A stretch of 57,684 bases of DNA, filler included, from Callorhinchus milii (Eukaryota), in the NCBI RefSeq assembly GCF_018977255.1. It is 2 parts of 2 records of this genome, joined end to end, with 100 filler letters (N's around TTAATTAATTAA, not from the genome) between each part and the next. Parts side by side here need not be neighbours in the genome. Positions count along the whole stretch, not along the records: positions 1 to 28,802 come from NW_024705663.1; positions 28,903 to 57,684 come from NW_024705664.1. The stretch is one strand, 5' to 3'. The notes below the pieces were generated by a model that searched no databases, was not told the DNA's origin, and saw only the letters and a list, made by a program, of their open reading frames with translations. The position numbers and the translations under genes are program-made. Below, in pieces: positions 15,901 through 30,124 of this stretch. Within the stretch, counting starts at the first letter, position 1; each line of letters begins with the position of its first letter.

Positions 15901-18900
15901 TGCCTTCAGATTGGTACGGTAAAAAATTATTAGAATTTTCGCGACAAGATCGAACACTAAAATAATTAAAATTATTAAACTTCGTAAAAGGCCATCATTA
16001 AAATTTAATTTGTTTTTGAATAAGATGCACAGAAATTCATATACCTATATGAATACATTCAAATAATTTTAATGATTTTATGACATTACATATTGAATTT
16101 TTAAAAAGTAAAATTTTTAAAAACTACAATTGAAAACATTTCCGTCCGTCCGTCCGTCCGTCCGTCCGTCTGTCGTTCCGTCCGTCCCTCCGTCCCTCCG
16201 TCCCTCCGTCCCTCCGTCGCTCCGTCCCTCCGTCCCTCCCTCCCTCCCTCCCTCCCGTCCGTCCGTCCGTCTGTCGTTCCGTCCGTCTGTCGTTCCGACC
16301 GTCCTTCTATCTATCCATCCATCCATCCATCCATCCATCCACCACCCATCCACCACCCACCCCACCCCACCACCCACCCACCCCCACCCACCACCCACCC
16401 ACCCACCCACCCATCCACCCATCCATCCATCCAGTTTAATGTAAAAACTACATTAAAAACATTTATTTAATTTTTCATTGAAGACATTTCTGTGCATCTT
16501 GTTCAAAAACAAGCAACATTTTGTTTGTTTGTTTAACTTTAAAATTTATTGAAATGGATTTTTTATGAAAAATCTACACAACTTTATTTTGTTGAATGTT
16601 GTTTCATGGTGCTATTAACAAATGACAATTTATTTCAGTGTTTATATTCCTGCGATTAAAAAAACTCTATGAAAAATTTGATGTGAAGATCGTAACCAAT
16701 ATCATAAAAACTATTACGATTTAAGTTCACGCAATATTTTGATGAAAATCTCGGCACTTTTATTTTGGTGGATGTTTTGACCACTCGTTTGAATTATTTT
16801 TATAAAATGATTTCTTCTAAACATTTTATCTCACTCGATATTATTATGTAAAACATAGAAATAAAACATATAAGCCAAAATATACTTATTTTTGGGTTAG
16901 GGTTAGGTTTATAATCGCAGCAAATGTCACTTACCTTCAGATTGGTACGCAAAAAAATTAGAAGTTTCGCTACAAAATCGTACACTAAAATAATTAAAAT
17001 TATTAAACTTATTAAAAGGAAATCATTAAAAATTAATTTGTTTTTGAATAAGATGCACAGAAATTCACATGAATACATTCTAATAGTTTTAATGATTTTA
17101 TGACATTACATATTACATTTTTAAAAAGCAAATTTTTAAGAACGACATTAAAAACATTTATTTGATTTTTCATTAAAGAAATTTCGGTGCATTTTGTTCA
17201 AAAACAAGCATAATTTTGTTTGTTTTTTTTACTTTAAAATTTATTGAAATGGATTTTTTATGAAAAATCTACACAACTTTATTTTGTTGAATGTTGTTTC
17301 ATGGTGCTATTAACAGACAACAATTTATTTCATTGGGTATACTCCTGCGATTAAAAAGAATTCTATGAAAATTTTGATGTGAAGATCGTAACCAATACCA
17401 TAAAAATCAATTACGATTTAAGTTCACGCAATATTTTGAAGAAAATCTCGGCACTTTTATTTTGGTGGATGTTTTGACTACTCGTTTGAATTATTTTTAT
17501 CAAATGATTTCTTCTAAACATTTTATCTCACTCGATATTATTATGTAAAACATAGAAATAAAACATATAAGCCAAAATATACTTATTTTGGGGTTAGGGT
17601 TAGGTTTATAATCGCAGCAAATGTCACTTACCTTCAGATTGGTACGCAAAAAAATTAGAAGTTTCGCTACAAAATCGTACACTAAAATAATTAAAATTAT
17701 TAAACTTATTAAAAGGAAATCATTAAAAATTAATTTGTTTTTGAATAAGATGCACAGAAATTCACATGAATACATTCTAATAGTTTTAATGATTTTATGA
17801 CATTACATATTACATTTTTAAAAAGCAAATTTTTAAGAACGACATTAAAAACATTTATTTGATTTTTCATTAAAGAAATTTCGGTGCATTTTGTTCAAAA
17901 ACAAGCATAATTTTGTTTGTTTTTTTTACTTTAAAATTTATTGAAATGGATTTTTTATGAAAAATCTACACAACTTTATTTTGTTGAATGTTGTTTCATG
18001 GTGCTATTAACAGACAACAATTTATTTCATTGGGTATACTCCTGCGATTAAAAAGAATTCTATGAAAATTTTGATGTGAAGATCGTAACCAATACCATAA
18101 AAATCAATTACGATTTAAGTTCACGCAATATTTTGAAGAAAATCTCGGCACTTTTATTTTGGTGGATGTTTTGACCACTCGTTTGAATTATTTTTATCAA
18201 ATGATTTCTTCTAAACATTTTATCTCACTCGATATTATTATACAAAACATAGAAATAAAACATCTAAGCCAAATTATACTTATTTTTGGTTAGGGTTACG
18301 GTTATAGCTATGGTTAGGGTTAGGGTTAGAATCGCAGCGAATGTCACTTGCCTTCAGATTGGTACGGTAAAAAATTATTAGAATTTTCGCGACAAGATCG
18401 AACACTAAAATAATTAAAATTATTAAACTTCGTAAAAGGCCATCATTAAAATTTAATTTGTTTTTGAATAAGATGCACAGAAATTCATATACCTATATGA
18501 ATACATTCAAATAATTTTAATGATTTTATGACATTACATATTGAATTTTTAAAAAGTAAAATTTTTAAAAACTACAATTGAAAACATTTCCGTCCGTCCG
18601 TCCGTCCGTTCCGTCCGTTCCGTCCCGTCCGTCTGTCGTTCCGTCGTCTGTCGTTCCGACCGTCCTTCTATCTATCCATCCATCCATCCATCCACCACCA
18701 CCCACCCACCCACCCACCCATCCACCCACCCACCCACCCACCCATCCACCCATCCATCCATCCAGTTTAATGTAAAAACTACATTAAAAACATTTATTTA
18801 ATTTTTCATTGAAGACATTTCTGTGCATCTTGTTCAAAAACAAGCAACATTTTGTTTGTTTGTTTAACTTTAAAATTTATTGAAATGGATTTTTTATGAA

Positions 18901-21900
18901 AAATCTACACAACTTTATTTTGTTGAATGTTGTTTCATGGTGCTATTAACAAATGACAATTTATTTCAGTGTTTATATTCCTGCGATTAAAAAAACTCTA
19001 TGAAAAATTTGATGTGAAGATCGTAACCAATATCATAAAAACTATTACGATTTAAGTTCACGCAATATTTTGATGAAAATCTCGGCACTTTTATTTTGGT
19101 GGATGTTTTGACCACTCGTTTGAATTATTTTTATAAAATGATTTCTTCTAAACATTTTATCTCACTCGATATTATTATGTAAAACATAGAAATAAAACAT
19201 ATAAGCCAAAATATACTTATTTTTGGGTTAGGGTTAGGTTTATAATCGCAGCAAATGTCACTTACCTTCAGATTGGTACGCAAAAAAATTAGAAGTTTCG
19301 CTACAAAATCGTACACTAAAATAATTAAAATTATTAAACTTATTAAAAGGAAATCATTAAAAATTAATTTGTTTTTGAATAAGATGCACAGAAATTCACA
19401 TGAATACATTCTAATAGTTTTAATGATTTTATGACATTACATATTACATTTTTAAAAAGCAAATTTTTAAGAACGACATTAAAAACATTTATTTGATTTT
19501 TCATTGAAGAAATTTCGGTGCATTTTGTTCAAAAACAAGCATAATTTTGTTTGTTTTTTTTACTTTAAAATTTATTGAAATGGATTTTTTATGAAAAATC
19601 TACACAACTTTATTTTGTTGAATGTTGTTTCATGGTGCTATTAACAGACAACAATTTATTTCATTGGGTATACTCCTGCGATTAAAAAGAATTCTATGAA
19701 AATTTTGATGTGAAGATCGTAACCAATATCATAAAAATCAATTACGATTTAAGTTCACGCAATATTTTGAAGAAAATCTCGGCACTTTTATTTTGGTGGA
19801 TGTTTTGACTACTCGTTTGAATTATTTTTATCAAATGATTTCTTCTAAACATTTTATCTCACTCGATATTATTATGTAAAACATAGAAATAAAACATATA
19901 AGCCAAAATATACTTATTTTTGGGTTAGGGTTAGGTTTATAATCGCAGCAAATGTCACTTACCTTCAGATTGGTACGCAAAAAAATTAGAAGTTTCGCTA
20001 CAAAATCGTACACTAAAATAATTAAAATTATTAAACTTATTAAAAGGAAATCATTAAAAATTAATTTGTTTTTGAATAAGATGCACAGAAATTCACATGA
20101 ATACATTCTAATAGTTTTAATGATTTTATGACATTACATATTACATTTTTAAAAAGCAAATTTTTAAGAACTACATTAAAAACATTTATTTGATTTTTCA
20201 TTAAAGAAATTTCGGTGCATTTTGTTCAAAAACAAGCATAATTTTGTTTGTTTTTTTTACTTTAAAATTTATTGAAATGGATTTTTTATGAAAAATCTAC
20301 ACAACTTTATTTTGTTGAATGTTGTTTCATGGTGCTATTAACAGACAACAATTTATTTCATTGGGTATACTCCTGCGATTAAAAAGAATTCTATGAAAAT
20401 TTTGATGTGAAGATCGTAACCAATACCATAAAAATCAATTACGATTTAAGTTCACGCAATATTTTGAAGAAAATCTCGGCACTTTTATTTTGGTGGATGT
20501 TTTGACCACTCGTTTGAATTATTTTTATCAAATGATTTCTTCTAAACATTTTATCTCACTCGATATTATTATACAAAACATAGAAATAAAACATCTAAGC
20601 CAAATTATACTTATTTTTGGGTTAGGGTTACGGTTATAGCTATGGTTAGGGTTAGGGTTAGAATCGCAGCGAATGTCACTTGCCTTCAGATTGGTACGGT
20701 AAAAAATTATTAGAATTTTCGCGACAAGATCGAACACTAAAATAATTAAAATTATTAAACTTCGTAAAAGGCCATCATTAAAATTTAATTTGTATTTGAA
20801 TAAGATGCACAGAAATTCATATACCTATATGAATACATTCAAATAATTTTAATGATTTTATGACATTACATATTGAATTTTTAAAAAGAAAATTTTTTAA
20901 AAACTACAATTGAAAACATTTCCGTCCGTCCGTCCGTCCGTCCGTCCGTCCGTCCGTCCCTCCGTCCCTCCGTCCCTCCGTCCCTCCGTCCTCCCTCCCT
21001 CCCTCCCGTCCGTCCGTCCCTCCGTCCGTCCGTCCGTCCGTCCCTCCGTCCCTCCGTCCCTCCGTCCCTCCGTCCCGTCCGTCCCGTCCGTCCCTCCTCC
21101 CGTCCGTCCGTCCCTCCGTCCCTCCGTCCCTCCGTCCCTCCCTCCGTCCCTCCGTCCCTCCGTCCCTCCGTCCCTCCGTCCCTCCGTCCCTCCGTCCCTC
21201 CCTCCCTCCCGTCCGTCCGTCCGTCCGTCTGTCGTTCCGTCCGTCTGTCGTTCCGACCGTCCTTCTATCTATCCATCCATCCATCCATCCATCCATCCAT
21301 CCATCCATCCATCCATCCATCCATCCATCCATCCATCCATCCATCCAGCCATCCACCCACCCACCCACCCATCCACCCATCCACCCACCCACCCACCCAC
21401 CCACCCATCCACCCATCCATCCATCCAGTTTAATGTAAAAACTACATTAAAAACATTTATTTAATTTTTCATTGAAGACATTTCTGTGCATCTTGTTCAA
21501 AAACAAGCAACATTTTGTTTGTTTGTTTAACTTTAAAATTTATTGAAATGGATTTTTTATGAAAAATCTACACAACTTTATTTTGTTGAATGTTGTTTCA
21601 TGGTGCTATTAACAAATGACAATTTATTTCAGTGTTTATATTCCTGCGATTAAAAAAACTCTATGAAAAATTTGATGTGAAGATCGTAACCAATATCATA
21701 AAAACTATTACGATTTAAGTTCACGCAATATTTTGATGAAAATCTCGGCACTTTTATTTTGGTGGATGTTTTGACCACTCGTTTGAATTATTTTTATAAA
21801 ATGATTTCTTCTAAACATTTTATCTCACTCGATATTATTATGTAAAACATAGAAATAAAACATATAAGCCAAAATATACTTATTTTTGGGTTAGGGTTAG

Positions 21901-24900
21901 GTTTATAATCGCAGCAAATGTCACTTACCTTCAGATTGGTACGCAAAAAAATTAGAAGTTTCGCTACAAAATCGTACACTAAAATAATTAAAATTATTAA
22001 ACTTATTAAAAGGAAATCATTAAAAATTAATTTGTTTTTGAATAAGATGCACAGAAATTCACATGAATACATTCTAATAGTTTTAATGATTTTATGACAT
22101 TACATATTACATTTTTAAAAAGCAAATTTTTAAGAACGACATTAAAAACATTTATTTGATTTTTCATTAAAGAAATTTCGGTGCATTTTGTTCAAAAACA
22201 AGCATAATTTTGTTTGTTTTTTTTACTTTAAAATTTATTGAAATGGATTTTTTATGAAAAATCTACACAACTTTATTTTGTTGAATGTTGTTTCATGGTG
22301 CTATTAACAGACAACAATTTATTTCATTGGGTATACTCCTGCGATTAAAAAGAATTCTATGAAAATTTTGATGTGAAGATCGTAACCAATATCATAAAAA
22401 TCAATTACGATTTAAGTTCACGCAATATTTTGAAGAAAATCTCGGCACTTTTATTTTGGTGGATGTTTTGACTACTCGTTTGAATTATTTTTATCAAATG
22501 ATTTCTTCTAAACATTTTATCTCACTCGATATTATTATGTAAAACATAGAAATAAAACATATAAGCCAAAATATACTTATTTTTGGGGGTTAGGGTTAGG
22601 TTTATAATCGCAGCAAATGTCACTTACCTTCAGATTGGTACGGCAAAAAAATTAGAAGTTTCGCTACAAAATCGTACACTAAAATAATTAAAATTATTAA
22701 ACTTATTAAAAGGAAATCATTAAAAATTAATTTGTTTTTGAATAAGATGCACAGAAATTCACATGAATACATTCTAATAGTTTTAATGATTTTATGACAT
22801 TACATATTACATTTTTAAAAAGCAAATTTTTAAGAACTACATTAAAAACATTTATTTGATTTTTCATTAAAGAAATTTCGGTGCATTTGTTCAAAAACAA
22901 GCATAATTTTGTTTGTTTTTTTAACTTTAAAATTTATTGAAATGGATTTTTTATGAAAAATCTACACAACTTTATTTTGTTGAATGTTGTTTCATGGTGC
23001 TATTAACAGACAACAATTTATTTCATTGGGTATACTCCTGCGATTAAAAAGAATTCTATGAAAATTTTGATGTGAAGATCGTAACCAATATCATAAAAAT
23101 CAATTACGATTTAAGTTCACGCAATATTTTGAAGAAAATCTCGGCACTTTTATTTTGGTGGATGTTTTGACCACTCGTTTGAATTATTTTTATCAAATGA
23201 TTTCTTCTAAACATTTTATCTCACTCGATATTATTATGTAAAACATAGAAATAAAACATATAAGCCAAAATATACTTATTTTTGGGGTTAGGGTTAGGTT
23301 TATAATCGCAGCAAATGTCACTTACCTTCAGATTGGTACGCAAAAAAATTAGAAGTTTCGCTACAAAATCGTACACTAAAATAATTAAAATTATTAAACT
23401 TATTAAAAGGAAATCATTAAAAATTAATTTGTTTTTGAATAAGATGCACAGAAATTCACATGAATACATTCTAATAGTTTTAATGATTTTATGACATTAC
23501 ATATTACATTTTTAAAAAGCAAATTTTTAAGAACGACATTAAAAACATTTATTTGATTTTTCATTAAAGAAATTTCGGTGCATTTTGTTCAAAAACAAGC
23601 ATAATTTTGTTGTTTTTTTTACTTTAAAATTTATTGAAATGGATTTTTTATGAAAAATCTACACAACTTTATTTTGTTGAATGTTGTTTCATGGTGCTAT
23701 TAACAGACAACAATTTATTTCATTGGGTATACTCCTGCGATTAAAAAGAATTCTATGAAAATTTTGATGTGAAGATCGTAACCAATACCATAAAAATCAA
23801 TTACGATTTAAGTTCACGCAATATTTTGAAGAAAATCTCGGCACTTTTATTTTGGTGGATGTTTTGACCACTCGTTTGAATTATTTTTATCAAATGATTT
23901 CTTCTAAACATTTTATCTCACTCGATATTATTATGTAAAACATAGAAATAAAACATATAAGCCAAAATATACTTATTTTTGGGTTAGGGTTAGGTTTATA
24001 ATCGCAGCAAATGTCACTTACCTTCAGATTGGTACGCAAAAAAATTAGAAGTTTCGCTACAAAATCTTAATCCGTACACTAAAATAATTAAAATTATTAA
24101 ACTTATTAAAAGGAAATCATTAAAAATTAATTTGTTTTTGAATAAGATGCACAGAAATTCACATGAATACATTCTAATAGTTTTAATGATTTTATGACAT
24201 TACATATTACATTTTTAAAAAGCAAATTAAAACTACAATTGAAAACATTTCCGTCCGTCCGTCCGTCCGTCCGTCCGTCCGTCCGTCCGTCCGTCCGTCC
24301 CCATCCACCCATCCATCCATCCAGTTTAATGTAAAAACTACATTAAAAACATTTATTTAATTTTTCATTAAAGAAATTTCGGTGCATTTTGTTCAAAAAC
24401 AAGCATAATTTTGTTTGTTTTTTTTACTTTAAAATTTATTGAAATGGATTTTTTATGAAAAATCTACACAACTTTATTTTGTTGAATGTTTATTTCATTG
24501 GGTATACTCCAGCGATTAAAAAGAATTCTATGAAAATTTTGATGTGAAGATCGTAACCAATATCATAAAAACCAATTACGATTTAAGTTCACGCAATATT
24601 TTGAAGAAAATCTCGGCACTTTTATTTTGGTGGATGTTTTGACACTCGTTTGAATTATTTTTATCAAATGATTTCTTCTAAACATTTTATCTCACTCGAT
24701 ATTATTATGTAAAACATAGAAATAAAACATATAAGCCAAAATATACTTATTTTTGGGTTAGGGTTAGGTTTATAATCGCAGCAAATGTCACTTACCTTCA
24801 GATTGGTACGCAAAAAAATTAGAAGTTTCGCTACAAAATCGTACACTAAAATAATTAAAATTATTAAACTTATTAAAAGGAAATCATTAAAAATTAATTT

Positions 24901-27900
24901 GTTTTTGAATAAGATGCACAGAAATTCACATGAATACATTCTAATAGTTTTAATGATTTTATGACATTACATATTACATTTTTAAAAAGCAAATTTTTAA
25001 GAACGACATTAAAAACATTTATTTGATTTTTCATTAAAGAAATTTCGGTGCATTTTGTTCAAAAACAAGCATAATTTTGTTTGTTTTTTTTACTTTAAAA
25101 TTTATTGAAATGGATTTTTTATGAAAAATCTACACAACTTTATTTTGTTGAATGTTGTTTCATGGTGCTATTAACAGACAACAATTTATTTCATTGGGTA
25201 TACTCCTGCGATTAAAAAGAATTCTATGAAAATTTTGATGTGAAGATCGTAACCAATACCATAAAAATCAATTACGATTTAAGTTCACGCAATATTTTGA
25301 AGAAAATCTCGGCACTTTTATTTTGGTGGATGTTTTGACCACTCGTTTGAATTATTTTTATCAAATGATTTCTTCTAAACATTTTATCTCACTCGATATT
25401 ATTATACAAAACATAGAAATAAAACATATAAGCCAAAATATACTTATTTTTGGGTTAGGGTTAGGTTTATAATCGCAGCAAATGTCACTTGCCTTCAGAT
25501 TGGTACGGTAAAAAATTATTAGAATTTTCGCGACAAGATCGAACACTAAAATAATTAAAATTATTAAACTTCGTAAAAGGCCATCATTAAAATTTAATTT
25601 GTTTTTGAATAAGATGCACAGAAATTCATACACCTATATGAATACATTCAAATAATTTTAATGATTTTATGACATTACATATTGAATTTTTAAAAAGTAA
25701 ATTTTTAAAAACTACAATTGAAAACATTTCCGTCCGTCCGTCCGCCCGTCCTCCCCCCGCCCCTCCCATGTCCTGTCCGTTTCCGTTGTCCCGTCCGTCC
25801 CTCCGTCCCTCCGTCCCTCCTCCTCCCTCCGTCCCTCGTCCTCCCTCCCTCCCTCCCTCCGTCCGTCCGTCCGTCTGTCGTTCCGTCCGTCTGTCGTTCC
25901 GACCGTCCTTCTATCTATCCATCCATCCATCCATCCAGCCATCCACCCACCACTCCATCCCACCCATCCACCCATTCCACCCACCCACCCACCCACCCAT
26001 CCACCCATCCATCCATCCAGTTTAATGTAAAAACTACATTAAAAACATTTATTTAATTTTTCATTGAAGACATTTCTGTGCATCTTGTTCAAAAACAAGC
26101 AACATTTTGTTTGTTTGTTTAACTTTAAAATTTATTGAAATGGATTTTTTATGAAAAATCTACACAACTTTATTTTGTTGAATGTTGTTTCATGGTGCTA
26201 TTAACAAATGACAATTTATTTCAGTGTTTATATTCCTGCGATTAAAAAAACTCTATGAAAAATTTGATGTGAAGATCGTAACCAATATCATAAAAACTAT
26301 TACGATTTAAGTTCACGCAATATTTTGATGAAAATCTCGGCACTTTTATTTTGGTGGATGTTTTGACCACTCGTTTGAATTATTTTTATAAAATGATTTC
26401 TTCTAAACATTTTATCTCACTCGATATTATTATGTAAAACATAGAAATAAAACATATAAGCCAAAATATACTTATTTTTGGGTTAGGGTTAGGTTTATAA
26501 TCGCAGCAAATGTCACTTACCTTCAGATTGGTACGCAAAAAAATTAGAAGTTTCGCTACAAAATCGTACACTAAAATAATTAAAATTATTAAACTTATTA
26601 AAAGGAAATCATTAAAAATTAATTTGTTTTTGAATAAGATGCACAGAAATTCACATGAATACATTCTAATAGTTTTAATGATTTTATGACATTACATATT
26701 ACATTTTTAAAAAGCAAATTTTTAAGAACGACATTAAAAACATTTATTTGATTTTTCATTAAAGAAATTTCGGTGCATTTTGTTCAAAAACAAGCATAAT
26801 TTTGTTTGTTTTTTTTACTTTAAAATTTATTGAAATGGATTTTTTATGAAAAATCTACACAACTTTATTTTGTTGAATGTTGTTTCATGGTGCTATTAAC
26901 AGACAACAATTTATTTCATTGGGTATACTCCTGCGATTAAAAAGAATTCTATGAAAATTTTGATGTGAAGATCGTAACCAATATCATAAAAATCAATTAC
27001 GATTTAAGTTCACGCAATATTTTGAAGAAAATCTCGGCACTTTTATTTTGGTGGATGTTTTGACCACTCGTTTGAATTATTTTTATCAAATGATTTCTTC
27101 TAAACATTTTATCTCACTCGATATTATTATGTACAAACATAGAAATAAAACATATAAGCCAAATTATACTTATTTTTGGGTTAGGGTTACGGTTATAGCT
27201 ATGGTTAGGGTTAGGGTTAGAATCGCAGCGAATGTCACTTGCCTTCAGATTGGTACGGTAAAAAATTATTAGAATTTTCGCGACAAGATCGAACACTAAA
27301 ATAATTAAAATTATTAAACTTCGTAAAAGGCCATCATTAAAATTTAATTTGTTTTTGAATAAGATGCACAGAAATTCATATACCTATATGAATACATTCA
27401 AATAATTTTAATGATTTTATGACATTACATATTGAATTTTTAAAAAGTAAAATTTTTAAAAACTACAATTGAAAACATTTCCGTCCGTCCGTCCGTCCGT
27501 CCGGTCCGTCCGTCTGTCGTTCCGTCCGTCCCTCCGTCCCTCCGTCCCTGTCCCGTCCCCTCCGTCGCTCCGTCCTCGTCCCTCCCTCCCCTCCCTCCCT
27601 CCCTCCGTCCGTCCGTCCCGGTCCTGTCGTTCCGTCCGTCTGTCGTTCCGACCGTCCTTCTATCTATCCATCCATCCATCCATCCAGCCATCCACCCACC
27701 CACCCACCCACCCTCCACCCACCCACCCACCCACCCATCCACCCATCCATCCATCCAGTTTAATGTAAAAACTACATTAAAAACATTTATTTAATTTTTC
27801 ATTGAAGACATTTCTGTGCATCTTGTTCAAAAACAAGCAACATTTTGTTTGTTTGTTTAACTTTAAAATTTATTGAAATGGATTTTTTATGAAAAATCTA

Positions 27901-28802
27901 CACAACTTTATTTTGTTGAATGTTGTTTCATGGTGCTATTAACAAATGACAATTTATTTCAGTGTTTATATTCCTGCGATTAAAAAAACTCTATGAAAAA
28001 TTTGATGTGAAGATCGTAACCAATATCATAAAAACTATTACGATTTAAGTTCACGCAATATTTTGATGAAAATCTCGGCACTTTTATTTTGGTGGATGTT
28101 TTGACCACTCGTTTGAATTATTTTTATAAAATGATTTCTTCTAAACATTTTATCTCACTCGATATTATTATGTAAAACATAGAAATAAAACATATAAGCC
28201 AAAATATACTTATTTTTGGGTTAGGGTTAGGTTTATAATCGCAGCAAATGTCACTTACCTTCAGATTGGTACGCAAAAAAATTAGAAGTTTCGCTACAAA
28301 ATCGTACACTAAAATAATTAAAATTATTAAACTTATTAAAAGGAAATCATTAAAAATTAATTTGTTTTTGAATAAGATGCACAGAAATTCACATGAATAC
28401 ATTCTAATAGTTTTAATGATTTTATGACATTACATATTACATTTTTAAAAAGCAAATTTTTAAGAACGACATTAAAAACATTTATTTGATTTTTCATTAA
28501 AGAAATTTCGGTGCATTTTGTTCAAAAACAAGCATAATTTTGTTTGTTTTTTTTACTTTAAAATTTATTGAAATGGATTTTTTATGAAAAATCTACACAA
28601 CTTTATTTTGTTGAATGTTGTTTCATGGTGCTATTAACAGACAACAATTTATTTCATTGGGTATACTCCTGCGATTAAAAAGAATTCTATGAAAATTTTG
28701 ATGTGAAGATCGTAACCAATACCATAAAAATCAATTACGATTTAAGTTCACGCAATATTTTGAAGAAAATCTCGGCACTTTTATTTTGGTGGATGTTTTG
28801 AC

Positions 28803-28902
28803 NNNNNNNNNNNNNNNNNNNNNNNNNNNNNNNNNNNNNNNNNNNNTTAATTAATTAANNNNNNNNNNNNNNNNNNNNNNNNNNNNNNNNNNNNNNNNNN
28901 NN
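28803..28902. other. Artificial 100-bp linker/gap (44 N + TTAATTAATTAA + 44 N)
   Basis: Symmetric N runs surround a 12-mer that gives TAA stops in all six frames. Base composition and repeat content change abruptly across it. Confidence 0.95.
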
Positions 28903-29180
28903 CCTCCCCCCTCTCTGTCCCCCCTCCCTCTCCCTCTCCCTCACTCCTTCCCTCTCTCTCCCCCTCTCTCCCCTCTCCCCTCCGTCTCTCCCTCTCTCCC
29001 CTCTCTCCTCTCTCTCCCCCTCTCCCCTCCCCCTCTCCCCTCCCTCTCTCCCCCTCTCTCTCTCTCCCTCCCTCTCTCTGTCCCCTCCCCTCCCTCTCTC
29101 TCCTCTCTCTCCCACCCCCCCTCTCTCCCCCTCCAGCTCTCTCTCCCCCCTCCTTCTCTCTCTCTCCCCCCCCACCCCCA
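28903..29180 (+). repeat. C/T low-complexity tract
   Basis: Almost pure polypyrimidine sequence. Confidence 0.9.
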
Positions 29181-29181
29181 C

Positions 29182-29295
29182 CCCTCCAGCGCTCTGTTGG
29201 AGTGTCAGTCGGGACGATGAGCTCAAAGCCCTGATGTGGGTATTGAACCATCCGTTCCCGATACAGGAGTCTGAGCCACGACCTGTCACTGAGAC
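29182..29295 (-). mobile_element. Degenerate 5' part of a tRNA-derived DeuSINE (SacSINE1-like)
   Basis: The minus strand reads ...GGTTCAATACCCACATCAGGGCTTTGAGCTCATCGTCCCGACTGACACTCCAACAGAGCGCTGGAGGG: a B-box-like motif followed by sequence resembling the start of the Deu domain as I recall it. Not aligned computationally. Confidence 0.5.
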
Positions 29296-29500
29296 TCTTT
29301 GCCCCCCTCTCAGCCGTTCCCCCCTCTCAGCCGCTCCCCCTCTCAGCCGCTCCCCCCTCTCAGCCGCTCCCCCTCTTCACTCCCCCCTCCTTACCCCCCC
29401 CTCAGCCCCCCTCCGCCCTCACCCCGCTACCCCCTCCTCACACCCCTCCTCAGCCCCCCTCCCCCCTGGTCTAATACCATGGCTCTCTTTTCTCTCTTAG

Positions 29501-29572
29501 CCGGCACGAACAAAAGGATTCCCGGGAAAAGCGGGATCTCGCCCATTCCTGAACCCCGGACTTCAGTGTCAG
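29501..29572 (+). CDS. PTK2B: PTK2B exon (first visible): PARTKGFPGKAGSRPFLNPGLQCQ
   Basis: Polypyrimidine-AG acceptor and CAG|GTGGGC donor; 72 nt, phase 0-0. Matches the position and end of human PSRPKYRPPPQTNLLAPKLQFQ. Confidence 0.75.
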
Positions 29573-29589
29573 GTGGGCAATGGCCGGAG

Positions 29590-30037
29590 TGAGAGACAGC
29601 GCTGTGTGTGTGTGTGTGAGAGTGTGTGTGTGACAGCGCTCTGTGTGTGTGTGTGACAGTGCTCTGTGTGTGTGTGTGACAGCGCTCTGTGTGTGTGTGT
29701 GTGTGTGACAGCGCTCTGTGTGTGTGTTGTGACAGCGCTCTGTGTGTGTGTGACAGCGCTCTGTGTGTGTGAGAGTGTGTGACAGCGCTCTGTGTGTGTG
29801 TGAGAATGTGTGACAGCGCTCTGTGTGTGTGTGACAGCGCTCTGTGTGTGTGTGTGTGTGACAGCGCTCTGTGTGTGTGTGTGTGACAGCGCTCTGTGTG
29901 TGTGTGAGAGTGTGTGACAGCGCTCTGTGTGTGTGAGAGTGTGTGACAGCGCTCTGTGTGTGTGTGAGTGTGTGACAGCGCTCTGTGTGTGTGTGAGAGT
30001 GTGTGACAGCGCTCTGTGTGTGTGTGAGAGTGTGTGA
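29590..30037 (+). repeat. Minisatellite ACAGCGCTC(TG)n
   Basis: Recurrent GACAGCGCTCTGTG core separated by variable TG runs. Confidence 0.93.
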
Positions 30038-30124
30038 CACCCCTTAAATCCCAAACCCGGCCGCTCGACCGCAGGCGGCAGAAAACCATCCTCACGGTTC
30101 ACCACCCGCTGTGGCTCGAGCTCT

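Noticed and set aside
22580..27760. Scattered single-base indels and scrambled spacers in distal satellite units as real mutations
   Set aside because: The pattern (homopolymer slips, noisy microsatellites near the segment end) fits low-coverage consensus error equally well.
30038..30124. CpG-rich unique island as an internal (PRNK-like) promoter or extra exon
   Set aside because: It is too short, with no convincing splice pair or promoter motifs; the sequence alone cannot support a call.
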